From NCBI GenBank assembly GCA_036399275.1, contig DASWNK010000015.1, forward strand, positions 7,963 through 71,962: a stretch of 64,000 bases of DNA, read 5' to 3'. Under the pieces are notes generated by a model. It worked only from the letters and a program-made list of their open reading frames with translations. It did no database searches and had not been told where the DNA came from. The translations under genes were made by a program, and so were the position numbers. Origin of the DNA: Bacteroidia bacterium. GTDB lineage: Bacteria > Bacteroidota > Bacteroidia > 2-12-FULL-35-15. This document shows, piece after piece, positions 41,031 to 51,591 of this stretch (position 1 is its first letter; every line of letters begins with the position of its first letter).

Positions 41031-43994
41031 TTATATCGCTACACCAATGATGCAAACATCATCGATTTGTTCGAAGCCAGTTCGCCATTGCTCAAAAAAT
41101 TCGTTGATCTTTTCTTTTTGCTCGGGCATAGGGCGCTTGTGATTATCCAGTAATAGCTGGCGGAAATAATTGTATTTCAATTTTTTGCCATTCGGGCCGC
41201 CGAACTGATCTACAAAACCATCGGAGAAGATATAGATTTTATCATCGGGTAGTAGATCAATTTCATTGTTAGTAAATTCAAACTCTTCTACCCCTACAAA
41301 ATTTCCGATAGGATGCTTATCGCCTTTGAATTTCAACACTTCATTATTACGCAATATGAATAGTGGGCTAAATGCTCCGGCAAATTCAAGCTTGTTGTTA
41401 TCAAGATCGATAGAACAAATAGCAACATCCATTCCATCGCGGATCTTGGAGTCTTCGACGTTTTGACGCAAGGTATTGCTTATGCTTTTGTTGAGGTGAG
41501 TCAGGATGTCAGCCGGACGAGTGTAATTGTATTCATTCACGATCTGGTTCAGGCCATTGAACCCGATGATGCTCATAAATGCCCCGGGAACACCATGGCC
41601 TGTGCAATCTACAACAGCGAACAAGATTTTATTTCCTTTGCGCTCTATCCAGTAAAAATCGCCGCTTACAATATCCTTTGGCTTGTAAAGAATGAATGCA
41701 TTTTTCAAATGTTCGGCAATGCTACTCTCGCTCGGCAAGAATGCTTCCTGAATACGCTTGGCATACTTGATACTATCGGTAATGTGCTTATTGGTTTCTT
41801 CAATGATCTCTTTTTGTTTTACCACCTCGGAAGTCCGCTCTTTCACTTTATCCTCCAGGTTCTCTACCAGGTTGGCATTTTCCAAAGCAATAGCGGTATA
41901 AGTGCCAAGGGTTTTTAAGATATCAATGTGAAGTGGTTTGTAGGCAAATTTTTCAAAGCTCTGTACCGTAATAACGCCAACAACTCTTTCCCCGATCATC
42001 ATCGGACAAAAAAGCAATGAGCTCGGCATATCACCTGCCGGAACCACAATTTTGCTGGTGTATTTCTGGTATTCATTCAGGTTGTCATTGATAAAAATTT
42101 CTTTCTTATTACGGACACACCACACCGAGAAATTATCAATATTGTCCATGGAAACGGAGAGTGAGCCAAGCCGTTCGCCTTTTTCCATCTCAAAACGATA
42201 TTCTATTTCATTTTTATCCGGTTCATAAATGCGAACACCGAAACAATCAGCATTCATCAGTTGACTTACATTTTCATGCAGGTTCTTAAAGATGGAATCA
42301 AAATCAACACTTGAAATAATTTGCTGACCAATGCTTCCCAGCAGGCGGGTGTTTTCATGTGAGCGTTCAATTTCTTTGGTGCGGTCATTCACCCGCTCCT
42401 CCAATTTTTCATAGGAAGTAGCATTTTCAATTGCGATGGCGCAATATACCGCCAGGTTTTTTACCAGGTTGACATGGTATTCTGTGAACGCATTTTTATT
42501 AAAGCTCTGCACAGTCAGCACGCCGATCTTTCTGTCGGCAATTCGCAATGGAAGATAGATGATGGATTGAACACTTTCACCGGCAGTTGGTTTCAGACGC
42601 TTTTGAACATAATTATCAGCTTCAAGCTCATAATCATTGATGATGATTTCAGTTTCGTTATTGAAGCAAAGCACCGGCAAACGGTTGATATCGGAAAGTT
42701 CATACCCCGAAGAACTGAGCACTTCGCCATTTTCAATATAGCCGGGGAAAATAATTTCCTTATGATCTTCAGATGCAACACCAATACCAAATCCGGGAGC
42801 GTCCATTAACTCATTAATAATAGCATAAACAGTGGTGTTGATGTTTTCAACAGAGAGCTGAGAGATAATCTTTTTTCCGAGGTCGCTTAACACCACAAGA
42901 TCATTGGAAAGCAATTCGAGCTGCTTGTTTTTTTCACTCAACAAAGCTTTTTCCTTTTCCATCTGTGAAATGCTTATTTGCATTTCCACACCTTTTAGCT
43001 TTTGTTTGTTTTTTTCGCTGAAGTACTCTTCTTTGTAAGTGAAATAATTCTTAAAATGTTCTATAAATTTTTCAGTATTTGCCTGCTTTTCATAATAACG
43101 CGAAAGCGCTTCATGCGTTTTATAAATAACTTCTTTGGTTTTTGTTTCAATAGAGATGGCAAGCGCTTTTTCCAGATGAGGTAGCGCCTTATCATACATT
43201 TCCGTTTTCAGAAAGAGATCACCCAAATGAAGGTTTGTTTCTGCAATGCCGGACTTAAAATTAATCTCTTCTCGAATAGAAAGACAGTCCAGGAATAATT
43301 TTTCTGCTATTTTGAACGCATTAGCGGCCATGTAGATCCTTGCCAATCCATCGAGTGCATAAGATTCCACATTCTTCAATCCCAGCGGACGAGCTGTTTC
43401 CAGGCTCCGTTCTTTAAAGTCAATGGCTTTTTCAATATCATTGATGTTAAAATAGGCCGCCCCCAATCCGTCAAAAATTCTTGCAAGCAAATGTTTGTCT
43501 TCCAGTTTTTCCGCTACAAGCAGGCCTTTCGAAAGGGCCTCAATTGCTTTTTCATTTTCACCGGAAGTATAGAATACAGAACCAATACCATTGAGCGCGT
43601 TTGCCTGAGCGTTGATATCATTGCTTTTTTCCGCGCGGTCCAGCATTTCAGACGCATACTTTAAAGCATTGTCATAATCCGCAAGGAAGTAAAAGGCGCA
43701 AAAAATATGATAAAAAATATGTGACTCGAACTTTGAGCCAGGCATGGTTTCAAACTGAGCAAGCGAATCGAAAAGGTTTTTCAAGGCGTTTTCATAGTCG
43801 CCAAGCCACACTTGGCAGGCGCCTTTACAGGCTAAAGCTTGCGCTGTAATGGATAAAGAAGCAGAGGCTTTAAGGGCTGCATCAGCAAGCTCAACGCCTT
43901 TTTGAGGGTTTGTTCTGCAGATTTCCAGCGATTGGGTAATCAGTTGTTCCAGCGCTGTTTCTTCCACTTCCGCTACGTTTTCTTTATAATCCAT
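41031..43994 (-). CDS. Cytoplasmic TPR-GAF-GAF-PP2C(SpoIIE) phosphatase
   Basis: N-terminal TPRs; two GAFs (SIIYLPL..IGVLTVQS, SLLFCPM..VGVITVQS); PKDIVSGDFY, DCTGHGVPGAFMS, DGMD, SDGFVDQFGG, DD. Confidence 0.92.
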   Translation of the reverse strand: MDYKENVAEVEETALEQLITQSLEICRTNPQKGVELADAALKASASLSITAQALACKGACQVWLGDYENALKNLFDSLAQFETMPGSKFESHIFYHIFCAFYFLADYDNALKYASEMLDRAEKSNDINAQANALNGIGSVFYTSGENEKAIEALSKGLLVAEKLEDKHLLARIFDGLGAAYFNINDIEKAIDFKERSLETARPLGLKNVESYALDGLARIYMAANAFKIAEKLFLDCLSIREEINFKSGIAETNLHLGDLFLKTEMYDKALPHLEKALAISIETKTKEVIYKTHEALSRYYEKQANTEKFIEHFKNYFTYKEEYFSEKNKQKLKGVEMQISISQMEKEKALLSEKNKQLELLSNDLVVLSDLGKKIISQLSVENINTTVYAIINELMDAPGFGIGVASEDHKEIIFPGYIENGEVLSSSGYELSDINRLPVLCFNNETEIIINDYELEADNYVQKRLKPTAGESVQSIIYLPLRIADRKIGVLTVQSFNKNAFTEYHVNLVKNLAVYCAIAIENATSYEKLEERVNDRTKEIERSHENTRLLGSIGQQIISSVDFDSIFKNLHENVSQLMNADCFGVRIYEPDKNEIEYRFEMEKGERLGSLSVSMDNIDNFSVWCVRNKKEIFINDNLNEYQKYTSKIVVPAGDMPSSLLFCPMMIGERVVGVITVQSFEKFAYKPLHIDILKTLGTYTAIALENANLVENLEDKVKERTSEVVKQKEIIEETNKHITDSIKYAKRIQEAFLPSESSIAEHLKNAFILYKPKDIVSGDFYWIERKGNKILFAVVDCTGHGVPGAFMSIIGFNGLNQIVNEYNYTRPADILTHLNKSISNTLRQNVEDSKIRDGMDVAICSIDLDNNKLEFAGAFSPLFILRNNEVLKFKGDKHPIGNFVGVEEFEFTNNEIDLLPDDKIYIFSDGFVDQFGGPNGKKLKYNYFRQLLLDNHKRPMPEQKEKINEFFEQWRTGFEQIDDVCIIGVAI

Positions 43995-44292
43995 GATCCT
44001 TGCCTTAATATAAGGACGGAAGATAAGAAAAAAACAGAACTAACAAAAGCAGAACATAAAAAAGCAAAAAGAGACTATAGGTGCAATAACACCTTTTAAA
44101 AATGTAAAGGAACAGCTGGTTACATCCACAAACAATTTGATTTCATAGAGTGGATAGAAAGCAGGATGTAATTAGTTGAGTGCTACCAGAATAATATAAT
44201 CAATTAACAGATCCAACACACTTCAATATTCTCTTCGGTATTTTGAATCCTCGATCTTTTTGCTAACTTTATTGTAAACTAAACAGGAACAC

Positions 44293-45678
44293 ATGAAAAA
44301 AATAACTACTCTATTTTTCGTCGCAGGGATTGTTTCCTTGTCAGCCGCGCAGAATGAAGCCGATAAATGGCTTTTCGGAAGCGGCGCTGCGCTAGATTTT
44401 AGTAGTGGCAGCCCCACAGTAATCAGCAGTCCCATGTATACATCGGAAGGAACAGCAGCTATTTCTGATGCAACCGGGAAATTAAGATTCTTTACCAACG
44501 GTGTGGACGTTTATGATTCCACCAAAACCGTCATGCTCAATGGCACGGGGTTGCTTGGGGATATTTCTTCTACTCAGTCTTCCCTGATCGTTCCCTCGCC
44601 GGTATCAAATTCACAGTATTATATTTTTACAACAGGTGCTGACGGAACGGGAGATTTTCGTTACTCAATTGTAGACATGACTTTGAATGGTGGGCTTGGT
44701 GATGTAATGGCGGCCAGCAAAAATGTGATGCTGATGGATAGTACCACCGAAAAAATTGCTGCGATACGGGATGAAGGAAACGGAACCTGGATTGTAACTC
44801 ACAAGTGGGGGACAAATCAATTTTATGCTTATCACTTAACTGCTTCGGGTTTACAACCACCGGTAATCAGCAGTGTCGGCACGGTTCATAACACATCTGT
44901 TATACAGAATACATACGGACAATTGAAGTTCAACAATTGCGGAACCCGCCTTGCTTGTGCAGTGGGGTATCAGGACATTGTTGAGCTTTTTGATTTTAAC
45001 CTTGGCACGGGGGCTGTGTCCAACCCTCTAAACATTAATATGGCGGATAATGTATATGGTGTGGAGTTTTCTCCGAACGGAATGTTTTTGTATATAAGCA
45101 GTTACAATGTTTCCTGCAAACTGGCTCAATTTAATATTTCTCTTTCCACCCTGCCATTGATCCTGGCTTCAAAAACTCCTTTAAGCGTGACGGATGATCT
45201 ATATGGCTTGCAGCTGGGGCCCGATGGTAAAATATATGTCGCCCGGTCCTATGGATCTTCCTTTCTGGGTGTTATTAACAGTCCGAATATAGCCGGCAGC
45301 AGTTGTAATTGGGTGGAAAACGGTTTTAATTTAGACCCGATGTTCAATGGTGTAAATGGTGCTTTATCGCTGCCATCCTTTATGCAAACCTACCTGAAGC
45401 TTGCAACCGGCGAGAGTTGCATAACAACTGATCTGGCGGATAGAAGCATTGAAAAGGAACATCCGGTTTACCCAAATCCCGCAATGGAAGAGTTTTATAT
45501 GGATCTTTCTTCAGCAAACGGAAGGGTTGTTGTTTACGATTATACCGGAAGAGTGGTAGAGCAATTTGAAAGCGCAAACTCAATTTTGAAATTTGGAAAA
45601 AGTTACTCCAATGGAATTTATTTTGTCACTATTTTTTCTGCGGGGAAAACAGAAACTCAAAAAATAATTAAACAGTAA
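44293..45678 (+). CDS. T9SS cargo beta-propeller protein
   Basis: Signal peptide, KWLFG..LDF, EGTAAISD..G.L.FFTNG, STQSSLIVP, YGVEFSPNG, LQLGPDGKIY; YPNP...GIYFV...KIIKQ CTD. Confidence 0.88.
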   Translation: MKKITTLFFVAGIVSLSAAQNEADKWLFGSGAALDFSSGSPTVISSPMYTSEGTAAISDATGKLRFFTNGVDVYDSTKTVMLNGTGLLGDISSTQSSLIVPSPVSNSQYYIFTTGADGTGDFRYSIVDMTLNGGLGDVMAASKNVMLMDSTTEKIAAIRDEGNGTWIVTHKWGTNQFYAYHLTASGLQPPVISSVGTVHNTSVIQNTYGQLKFNNCGTRLACAVGYQDIVELFDFNLGTGAVSNPLNINMADNVYGVEFSPNGMFLYISSYNVSCKLAQFNISLSTLPLILASKTPLSVTDDLYGLQLGPDGKIYVARSYGSSFLGVINSPNIAGSSCNWVENGFNLDPMFNGVNGALSLPSFMQTYLKLATGESCITTDLADRSIEKEHPVYPNPAMEEFYMDLSSANGRVVVYDYTGRVVEQFESANSILKFGKSYSNGIYFVTIFSAGKTETQKIIKQ

Positions 45679-45700
45679 AGCAGCATTCCATTTGGTAATA

Positions 45701-45732
45701 AAAAAGCCACGCTTTTTTGTGCGTGGCTTTTT
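45701..45732. terminator. Bidirectional intrinsic terminator
   Basis: AAAAAGCCACGC-loop-GCGTGGCTTTTT between convergent genes. Confidence 0.75.
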
Positions 45733-45750
45733 CAGAATGGCTAATGGAAT

Positions 45751-46140
45751 TTAAAACTGTACTTCCGCATCTCCCTTATAGGATTTGCGCCAGGACCCGT
45801 CATCACCCCCTCTACTTTCTTCATTCATATCCTCTCCTTGAGATTCTGATTCTTCCGATTCTGAATCCTCTTCTTCCTCTTCTGTTTCCTGGCTCATTTC
45901 CGGTTCTTCATCAGATTCTGAGTAAACCTCTTGAACGCCTTCCTTGTTTGTTTTTTCTGTTTTTTCGACATTTTCTTTCTTAGAAGAAACTTCTTCATCT
46001 CCCTTCATAGAGGAGACTTCGCTATCGGTTTTTTCTTCCGATTCCGATCCGGATCGCTGTTGTTGCGACTTTTCCTGTTCCTTCATTTTGTTGCCTTGAT
46101 TCACAGGTTCTTTTTCTGTTTTGCTTTTCGTTGTTTTCAT
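45751..46140 (-). CDS. Low-complexity E/S/K-rich small protein
   Basis: Open 129-codon frame with strong purine bias, ending at a terminator; probably disordered. Confidence 0.55.
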   Translation of the reverse strand: MKTTKSKTEKEPVNQGNKMKEQEKSQQQRSGSESEEKTDSEVSSMKGDEEVSSKKENVEKTEKTNKEGVQEVYSESDEEPEMSQETEEEEEDSESEESESQGEDMNEESRGGDDGSWRKSYKGDAEVQF

Positions 46141-46342
46141 AACACCCTCCGCTTTTAAATGATTATAGATTATGAAATAGATACTCTATCTATATATAAA
46201 CGGGTAACAAAAGGCAGTATTGTTTTTGATTTAAGTCAATAGTTTAAAAGGGATAATGAATCGATGGATAGCGGGAATTAAGCATTGAGAATAGAAAGAG
46301 GCAGAAGAAATCAGCGTAAAATATGCTGTTTTTTGATAAAAT

Positions 46343-46380
46343 AAAAAGCCCCCTCTGATTTCTCAGAGAAGGGCTTTTTT
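46343..46380. terminator. Intrinsic terminator downstream of response regulator
   Basis: AAAAAGCCC-CCTCTGA...TCAGAG-AAGGGCTTTTTT hairpin with U/A tracts. Confidence 0.65.
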
Positions 46381-46415
46381 TGTGTCCGGCACTCCCAGAT
46401 ACCCTGACACAATAT

Positions 46416-46967
46416 TTATCTTAATATAAATTTTTCCATTTGAGGCGCCCATAAACAATCCGACCAATCAGCTGTAAGAACCTTTCGCATGATTTTTTTT
46501 AATTCATTGCAGGAATTCGGCTTGATCACATAAAGATTAGCTCCGTTATTATATGCATTCTCTATATCCTTGATATACGATGAAGTTGAATAGATAATCA
46601 CAGGGATATGCTGAAATTTTCCGCTTCTCTTTATTTCTGCCAGGCATTCTTTCCCATCTTTAAACGGCATGTTCAGGTCGAGAAATATGATATCAGGCAA
46701 TGAAACATCATAGCTATTCATGTGATCCATCAATGTCGCTCCGTCGTTCACAGTATAGATAGTTGACTTTGGCGCAACCTCTGCTATTGTTTCCGCTAAA
46801 AACTGACGATCATCATCATCATCATCCGCCAGCAGTATGTTTAGCTTCTTTTTAGTTTTAACTTGTCTGAAACTTTTATATTCTGTTGAAAGCTGTTCCG
46901 ACAACTCATAATAAACTCTCGTGAAGTTTAAAATGCCCATATGGGATTGTTGAATTGTTGTTTCCAT
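46416..46967 (-). CDS. Single-domain response regulator (receiver)
   Basis: ILLADDD, PDIIFLDLNMP, IPVIIYSTS, GANLYVIKP. Confidence 0.9.
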   Translation of the reverse strand: METTIQQSHMGILNFTRVYYELSEQLSTEYKSFRQVKTKKKLNILLADDDDDDRQFLAETIAEVAPKSTIYTVNDGATLMDHMNSYDVSLPDIIFLDLNMPFKDGKECLAEIKRSGKFQHIPVIIYSTSSYIKDIENAYNNGANLYVIKPNSCNELKKIMRKVLTADWSDCLWAPQMEKFILR

Positions 46968-47149
46968 GCTCGTACAGTAAATATGTGTTTGTTAATCAGG
47001 GGTAAAATTAGACGGACAGTACCCCTCCTGCAAAACATTGTTTTTCAATTATTCTATTCCCTTTTTTAGTAATTTTGCACATACGGAAAAGCAAATGATT
47101 GATCCTCAGCCGATCAAATAAAAATAACGACAAAATAAATACGCATCCC

Positions 47150-48685
47150 ATGGACGAATTGGCCAGGTTAATTATGTCACTTACGAACTCTGAAAAGCGG
47201 TATTTCAAGTTATTTTCCGATATGCAAAGCGGCGAAAAAGGCTATATCAAGCTATTTGATGCGGTGCGGAAGCTGGAAGATTATGATGAGGAAAAAATCC
47301 GGCAGATGTTGGCGGGGGAGGATTTTTTGAAGCGCCTGCCTGCCGTTAAAAGCTATCTGTATTCACAACTTTTAAAGAGTTTGCGCGTGTTATACTCAGG
47401 AAATACTGTTGGCTCGCAATTGAAGGAGATGATGGAGGATGTTGCGATTCTGTATGAGAAGCGTTTGTACAAGCAGTGCGCTAAGATCCTGAATCGTGCG
47501 CGCGAATTGGCAAAAACAAATGAAATGCTTTCCGCCCATCTTGAAATAAATGCCTGGCAGGAGAAAGTGCTAACAGAACTGCTTCCCATCGATCGTTTTG
47601 AAAAAATGCTGGATGAAACAGCGGCAGAGGAACTAAGCACTGCCGAAGCTCAAAAAAATGCGATTCAGTACCGTCACCTATACAATAAAATCAAGCTGAT
47701 CAACCGAAAAATTAAAGAGGCCCGAAACCCAGAGGAGATGCTGCAGTTCCAGGCGATTCTCAATGATCCTCTGCTAAGCTCGATCGACAAAGCGCTGAGC
47801 TTTGAGGCAAAACAATATTTTTATCATATTCATCTTATCTTTAACCATGCAAAGGGAGATAATATGGCTTGCTACCGGATCGCAGACGCGCAAATGCAAC
47901 TGATAGAAGCTTTCCCGGGCAAAATAAATGAAACACCCAAGATATATGTTACAGCGCTTAACAACGTGCTGATGTGCCAGGTGCTGCTCCATAATTATGA
48001 CAATTTCGACAGCACATTGCATAAGCTGCGGACCTTTCCCGCCAAATCAATGGATATGGAAGTACACCGGTTTGTGAATTCTTCCATTTTTGAAATGGTG
48101 ATGTGTCTTGATCGAGGAGAGTTCAAAGAGAGCTCTTTTCTGCGTTCGGAAATCATCGAAGGCATTCGTAAATACCATGATAAGATCAATGTAATTGAAG
48201 AGATCACTTTGTTGTATAATCTTTTCTATTCTTATTTCGGAAGCGGAGAATATTCAAACGCGCTCGGGGTGATTAATAAACTGTTGAATGAGTACAATAA
48301 AGAATTGCGGTACGATATACAGAGTGCCGTAAGAATCCTTAACCTGATCTTGCACTTTGAATTAGGCAATATTGGCCTTTTGGAGTACAATGCCGTTTCC
48401 ACTTACCGTTTCCTTTATAAAAGCAAGCGCTTGTATAAGCTGGAGAATATTGTATTAAGTTATATCCGAAAAAAAATGCCGACCATTTATAATGCAAAGC
48501 AGCAGAAACAGGCTTTCATTGAGCTTAGGGAAGAAGTAAGCCAGCTTGCCGATCATCCCTATGAAAGTAAAGCATTTGAGTATTTCGATTATATTGCCTG
48601 GCTGGATTCAAAGATCGAAGAAAAGTCTTTTGAAAAAATTGTGCAGGAGAAATTTAAAAAGAAATACCTTAACAATCAGCGTTAG
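47150..48685 (+). CDS. Uncharacterised all-helical (TPR-like) protein
   Basis: LIMSLTNSEKRYFKLF...YIKLFD...KSYLY..LLKSL N-terminus, helical repeats, FEYFDYIAWLDSKI end. Start set at MDELAR (47150). Confidence 0.8.
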   Translation: MDELARLIMSLTNSEKRYFKLFSDMQSGEKGYIKLFDAVRKLEDYDEEKIRQMLAGEDFLKRLPAVKSYLYSQLLKSLRVLYSGNTVGSQLKEMMEDVAILYEKRLYKQCAKILNRARELAKTNEMLSAHLEINAWQEKVLTELLPIDRFEKMLDETAAEELSTAEAQKNAIQYRHLYNKIKLINRKIKEARNPEEMLQFQAILNDPLLSSIDKALSFEAKQYFYHIHLIFNHAKGDNMACYRIADAQMQLIEAFPGKINETPKIYVTALNNVLMCQVLLHNYDNFDSTLHKLRTFPAKSMDMEVHRFVNSSIFEMVMCLDRGEFKESSFLRSEIIEGIRKYHDKINVIEEITLLYNLFYSYFGSGEYSNALGVINKLLNEYNKELRYDIQSAVRILNLILHFELGNIGLLEYNAVSTYRFLYKSKRLYKLENIVLSYIRKKMPTIYNAKQQKQAFIELREEVSQLADHPYESKAFEYFDYIAWLDSKIEEKSFEKIVQEKFKKKYLNNQR

Positions 48686-48700
48686 AATAAGACCATATTT

Positions 48701-48741
48701 AAACAAAAAGAGAGCAGAATCATTCTGCTCTCTTTTTGTTT
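48701..48741. terminator. Bidirectional terminator hairpin
   Basis: AAACAAAAAGAGAGCAGAAT-C-ATTCTGCTCTCTTTTTGTTT, a perfect 20-bp inverted repeat between convergent genes. Confidence 0.8.
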
Positions 48742-48754
48742 ATTCTTTATCAGA

Positions 48755-50146
48755 TTAGTTGAATACCACTTTTCCTTTTTGGAAAACACCTTTGCTGTTA
48801 TTCTTTAAGTTATAATAGTAAATACCTGCCGGGATTCCAGCTCGCTCGAATTTCAGATCGCTTCCCAAAATGGTAACGGAAGAAACTTCTCTTCCAATAA
48901 TATCGGTAAGCGTGAATGTAAACTCATCACTGCTCATTTCGTTTTCATTCAGGAGTTTCATGTATACTTTATCGGATACCGGATTTGGGTAAAGTGTAAA
49001 CAAGCGTTGTTCCGGTTGCTGTGATTCTGTTAGCAACGTATGCATCTTACCCGGTGTATAAATCCATGCAGCCAGATAGTTGACACATTGATTGGTCCCG
49101 ATACTCCGGAAAGCTCCACCGATAAACAATGTAGAACTCACATCCGCCACAGCGTAAACTGGCTGACTTGATCGAGAATTTAAGAGCGACCAGTTAGTGC
49201 CGTCCCATGATTGAAGCATATAAGCAACGTTATTATTATTGGATAAGATGTATTTTCCGGATACAATCAGACGTTTATCAACTTCATGGAAGGTAATGGT
49301 GCTAACGGTGATGCCGCCGGTATAGCGCATTCCCTGACCAAGCGGGTTCCAGACAGTATCATTCCATCGCGCAATATTCGCAATGGAATCGCCATTCACC
49401 AATTCAAATGTTCCTCCAATATAAAGCTCATTGTTGTATACCTGCATGGTGCTAACCGTAACGCCACCAGTATAACCTGCTCCTCCTCCCACATCGCTCC
49501 AATTGCTTCCGTCCCATCGCGCTATATTATTTACAGGCTCGCCACCCGCAGAAGTAAATGTTCCGCCGGCATAGATCTGACCATGATATTCACATATTGA
49601 GGTAACAGGGCCATTTATTCCTGAGCCCAATGCTTCCCAGCCGGATCCGTTCCATTTGGCAATATTATTCAGTGTATCGCCATTGGAAGTAATAAATGTT
49701 CCGCCAACATAAAGCTCATTTTCAAAAACGGCTAAGGTGCTTACTGTTATGCCGCCTGTATAGTCGAGCCCGTTACCGAGTGGTGTCCAGGAGCTGCCAT
49801 CATAATAGGCAATATTGTTACAAATTACAGAGTCGATAGAGCTGAATGTTCCTGCGGCCACCAGTCCATTATCAAAATGTGCCAAGGCGTGAACACTGCC
49901 CACTGTACCCGAACCGGCAACCTGGTTCCAGGCAGTTCCGGTCCAATGTGCGATTCCTGAAACGTTGGCTGTTCCAACCTTCGTAAATGTTCCACCTATG
50001 TAAAAGGAAGAAGCAGAGTCTGTAAGAATGGTCCTAACGGAGGCATTTAGCGTGTCTCCCACGGGGAACCATCGGTATTGAGCGCTGGCGTTTAAACTTA
50101 GGAAGACAGTAAATAGGAAGAGAGTAATTTTTTTCATCAGATTCAT
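48755..50146 (-). CDS. T9SS cargo beta-propeller protein (Rax2/kelch-like blades)
   Basis: Repeats LYxGGxFxxxxGxxxNNIAxW(D/N)GxxWxxLGxG; YPNP...AGIYYY...KVVFN CTD. Confidence 0.88.
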   Translation of the reverse strand: MNLMKKITLFLFTVFLSLNASAQYRWFPVGDTLNASVRTILTDSASSFYIGGTFTKVGTANVSGIAHWTGTAWNQVAGSGTVGSVHALAHFDNGLVAAGTFSSIDSVICNNIAYYDGSSWTPLGNGLDYTGGITVSTLAVFENELYVGGTFITSNGDTLNNIAKWNGSGWEALGSGINGPVTSICEYHGQIYAGGTFTSAGGEPVNNIARWDGSNWSDVGGGAGYTGGVTVSTMQVYNNELYIGGTFELVNGDSIANIARWNDTVWNPLGQGMRYTGGITVSTITFHEVDKRLIVSGKYILSNNNNVAYMLQSWDGTNWSLLNSRSSQPVYAVADVSSTLFIGGAFRSIGTNQCVNYLAAWIYTPGKMHTLLTESQQPEQRLFTLYPNPVSDKVYMKLLNENEMSSDEFTFTLTDIIGREVSSVTILGSDLKFERAGIPAGIYYYNLKNNSKGVFQKGKVVFN

Positions 50147-50485
50147 TCGATTATTATTTTAAATAAATTTATCGCAAGTGCTTATCGCGGGCAAATCAAA
50201 ATTCCATATTTATTCTAATCCCACCTGCCTTAAGATAGCATTTGCAGCAAGGCATAAATGATACCGAAAGAAAAAATTTTTCGAATTATCCCTATTTACG
50301 GCTCTTTATCGGGCAAAGATTCAATTTTAGGGTGTAATCAGACCAATATGAGGCGAAATTGTGCTGATAATGCCCTACAAAATGGGGAAGGAATTCCCCG
50401 GAGTCTGGATTTAGTCGATGTGTCAAGGAAACAAAAGCTATTTGGCACATTTATTTTTGAAAGTGAATTACTAATCCCAAAACAG

Positions 50486-50890
50486 ATGTCTTTTATAGTA
50501 ATTGATGCAGAAGAGTATATTTTAAAAATTCATGATGATAATTATCTGGAATTTATCATTAAGGAAGGTGCAACGTTGGATGTGAGGGTTGCTTTGGAAG
50601 CCAAGCAGATAGTGGAAGAATACAGGCCCGGGATCAAATTTTTTGTTTTGGCCGAAGGAATGAATTTCTTCAATATTACCAAGGAAGCAAGGGAATTAAG
50701 CGCAACAGAAAGCTTTGTTTCACAGGCAGAGGCGGTTGCATTTCTTACCACCAGTATTTCAATGATTTTTCTAGCTGAAATGTATAAAAATATCAGCAAG
50801 CCACCGGTCAAAACAAAGATTTTCCATACCCGCGACAATGCCCGCGATTGGCTTAAAGGTCAGGTGCAGGAACGTGCGATGATCGCTTGA
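50486..50890 (+). CDS. Small STAS/SEC14-like hypothetical protein
   Basis: ITKEARE...AVAF...KPPVKTKIFHTRDNARDWL pattern. Start set at MSFIV (50486); the upstream ORF extension looks non-coding. Confidence 0.7.
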   Translation: MSFIVIDAEEYILKIHDDNYLEFIIKEGATLDVRVALEAKQIVEEYRPGIKFFVLAEGMNFFNITKEARELSATESFVSQAEAVAFLTTSISMIFLAEMYKNISKPPVKTKIFHTRDNARDWLKGQVQERAMIA

Positions 50891-51216
50891 TTCAGTTAGT
50901 ATCTCTGCATAGTGTTCAGCGTTTCAATCACTTACATTGAAGCCACAGAGCAGCAGAACCATCCAATAATTCGCTGGCAACTTCGTTTCTGGTTCACATC
51001 CAGCATGATATCAAGTTATTAGAGTATTGAATCATTAGGAATAGCGAGTCAAATGATTTTTTAATGGCCATAAATCAAATGTGGTAAAATAATTTTTTTA
51101 CCTTTGTGCGCTTAATTAGAGCTGTTCTTGTTTTGCAGTAAAAGAACAGCTGAGCATACAAGCTCTTTAAAAAATGAATCAGAGCAACAAAAGCTCATCC
51201 TAAAAAATCAGAAAAA

Positions 51217-51287
51217 GGTCCTGTGGCCGAGTGGCTAGGCAGAGCTCTGCAAAAGCTCCTACAGCAGTTCGAATCTGCTCGGGACCT
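51217..51287 (+). tRNA. tRNA-Cys (GCA)
   Basis: Acceptor GGTCCTG/CGGGACC, D arm GGCCGAGTGGCTAGGC, anticodon arm GAGCT-CTGCAAA-AGCTC, T arm GCAGTTCGAATCTGC; CCA not encoded. Confidence 0.97.
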
Positions 51288-51288
51288 C

Positions 51289-51329
51289 AAAAAATCCCCC
51301 TTCCCGGAAACCGGGAAGGGGGATTTTTT
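51289..51329 (+). terminator. Intrinsic terminator of tRNA-Cys
   Basis: AAAAAATCCCCCTTCCCGG-AAA-CCGGGAAGGGGGATTTTTT. Confidence 0.88.
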
Positions 51330-51591
51330 ATTTCACAGCACCCAAGTCGGAGGCTTGAAGGTGCGGAGAAATAAAAAAGACCTATCCGCCTGTCAGACGG
51401 TTGGGGATTATGCTTGTTCGGCGACCTCCATTCAGATCATGAGCGAAGCGAATAATCTGAATAGGAATCTTTCCAAGTTTTAACTCGTCTTTTATACTTG
51501 ATTTTAAGTGATCATTGTTTATACTTGGACTAGGAATACAAGGATCGCGAGAAATTGAAAAGTCAGGGTGAAATTTTAACGTTTGTAACAT

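Noticed and set aside
51384-51460. Short palindrome CCGCCTGTCAGACGG and GAGCGAAGCGAATAATCT, reminiscent of REP-like elements
   Set aside because: Single, short and degenerate; cannot be distinguished from chance without a genome-wide count.
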